Under the pieces are notes generated by a model, which saw only the letters and a list, made by a program, of their open reading frames with translations, was not told the DNA's origin and did no database searches. The translations under genes were made by a program, and so were the position numbers. Shown here piece by piece: positions 63,277 through 64,000 of a DNA stretch of 64,000 nucleotides. This DNA comes from Bryobacterales bacterium (GTDB lineage Bacteria; Acidobacteriota; Terriglobia; Bryobacterales; UBA6623), in NCBI GenBank assembly GCA_963422305.1, contig OY729422.1:4076696-4140695 (forward strand), in the 5' to 3' direction. Numbering within the stretch: position 1 is the first letter of the stretch; every line of letters begins with the position of its first letter.

Positions 63277-64000
63277 ATGCGCCGCAGCCGCCTTCGCATT
63301 CCACTCATCCTCGCCTGCGCCGCTTGCGCCCTGTCGGCCGGCGGCCCGACGATCGTTCGCATAGCCCCCCCGGGCGGCCGGGCCGGGACGGCGGTCCGAC
63401 TGACTTTGCACGGCAGCGGACTCGACGAAAAACTGACCCTGCACTCGAAAATCCCGGGAATGCTCACGCCGCTGAGCGGCGGCGGCAAGGAGTATTTGCT
63501 CGAAATCGACCAAGACGCAGCGGTGGGCGCGTACCCTCTGCAAATCGAATCTGAAGAGGGCCTCTCCAATACGCAGCTGTTCAGCATTTCATCGTTCCCT
63601 GAAAGCGTGGAGGAGGAGTCCACTCTCAAGCGCCGGCTGCCCGCGAACGATACGGCTTTGACCGCGGAGACCATGAAGACGCCGGGAACGGTAAACGGCA
63701 CGCTGGTCGGCGCCGACCGCGACTTTTATCGATTGGACCTGTCTGCCGGAGACGAACTGACTCTTGAAGTCGAAGCGCGGCGCTTGGGATCGGCGATCGA
63801 TCCCGTCATCACCGTAAGCGACGCGGACGGCAACACGGTCGCGTGGAATAACGACGCCGCGGGTATCGGCGTCGACGCCCGCCTGCTCCTGCAAGTCCCC
63901 AGATCCGCAACCTACTTCGTTGCCGTTCACGACGCTCGTTTCAGCGAGCAGAAGACAAACTTCTACCGCTTGAAAGTCGGACCGACCGCATTCGCGGACG
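63277..64000 (+). CDS. Secreted protein with PPC (pre-peptidase C-terminal)-like beta domains; 5' part only, runs off the right edge
   Basis: Not in the ORF track because it has no stop. ATG 63277 lies 4 nt after the previous stop. My translation is MRRSRLRIPLILACAACALSAGGPTIVRIAPPGGRAGTAVRLTLHGSGL...GTVNGTLVGADRDFYRLDLSAGDELTLEVEARRLGSAIDPVITVSDADGNTVAWNNDA..., a 'DxDxYxF..aGq.l.i.v'-type PPC signature. Confidence 0.7.
   Translation, partial: MRRSRLRIPLILACAACALSAGGPTIVRIAPPGGRAGTAVRLTLHGSGLDEKLTLHSKIPGMLTPLSGGGKEYLLEIDQDAAVGAYPLQIESEEGLSNTQLFSISSFPESVEEESTLKRRLPANDTALTAETMKTPGTVNGTLVGADRDFYRLDLSAGDELTLEVEARRLGSAIDPVITVSDADGNTVAWNNDAAGIGVDARLLLQVPRSATYFVAVHDARFSEQKTNFYRLKVGPTAFAD

Noticed and set aside
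62025-63701. 558-aa minus-strand ORF (also 35956..36858 -, 40310..41500 +, 45974..46846 +, 13206..14210 -, 928..1923 +, 9685..10548 - and many others)
   Set aside because: These are antisense to genes with unmistakable family motifs (WD40, rpoC, rpoB, DUF4340 and others). Their translations are Arg/Gly/Ala/Pro-rich, which is typical of stop-poor alternative frames in GC-rich DNA.

Overview
GC-rich bacterial chromosomal segment (GC judged by eye, not computed). There are no rRNA genes, CRISPR arrays, transposases or prophage genes. Most of the window is housekeeping. The minus strand carries tRNA-Tyr, tuf, rpmG, tRNA-Trp, secE, nusG, rplK, rplA, rplJ, rplL, rpoB and rpoC (38.2-52.1 kb), and a gcvT-gcvH-gcvPA-gcvPB glycine-cleavage operon (31.0-35.3 kb). 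purC, trmFO-xerC, hup and tatA are also present. Family content points to an Acidobacteriota- or Planctomycetota-like organism (inference only): PSCyt/DUF1549/DUF1553 with DUF1501, a CarboxypepD_reg-type TonB receptor, an HpnJ-like radical SAM enzyme, and a Tat-sulfatase plus FGE. I see no clear novel multi-gene defence or secretion system. The items I rank highest for follow-up are: (1) a ~60-aa eight-cysteine, zinc-ribbon-like insertion in RpoB; (2) a lower-GC two-gene R-M islet (Dam-like methylase + HNH nuclease) whose nuclease N-terminus is split between frames; (3) a translationally coupled ferredoxin + Cys-rich pair I cannot assign to a family; (4) a GldA-like ATPase, fused GldF/GldG-like protein and DUF4340 operon; (5) a MoxR ATPase abutted to a very acidic membrane protein with no DUF58/VWA partner; (6) a TonB-dependent receptor with five lesions next to intact rpoBC; (7) two intrinsic-terminator-like hairpins between rplL and rpoB; (8) a 535-nt unexplained spacer upstream of gcvT. 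All family assignments come from motif recognition by eye, not from database searches. Many long ORFs in the track are antisense artefacts of high GC and were ignored.
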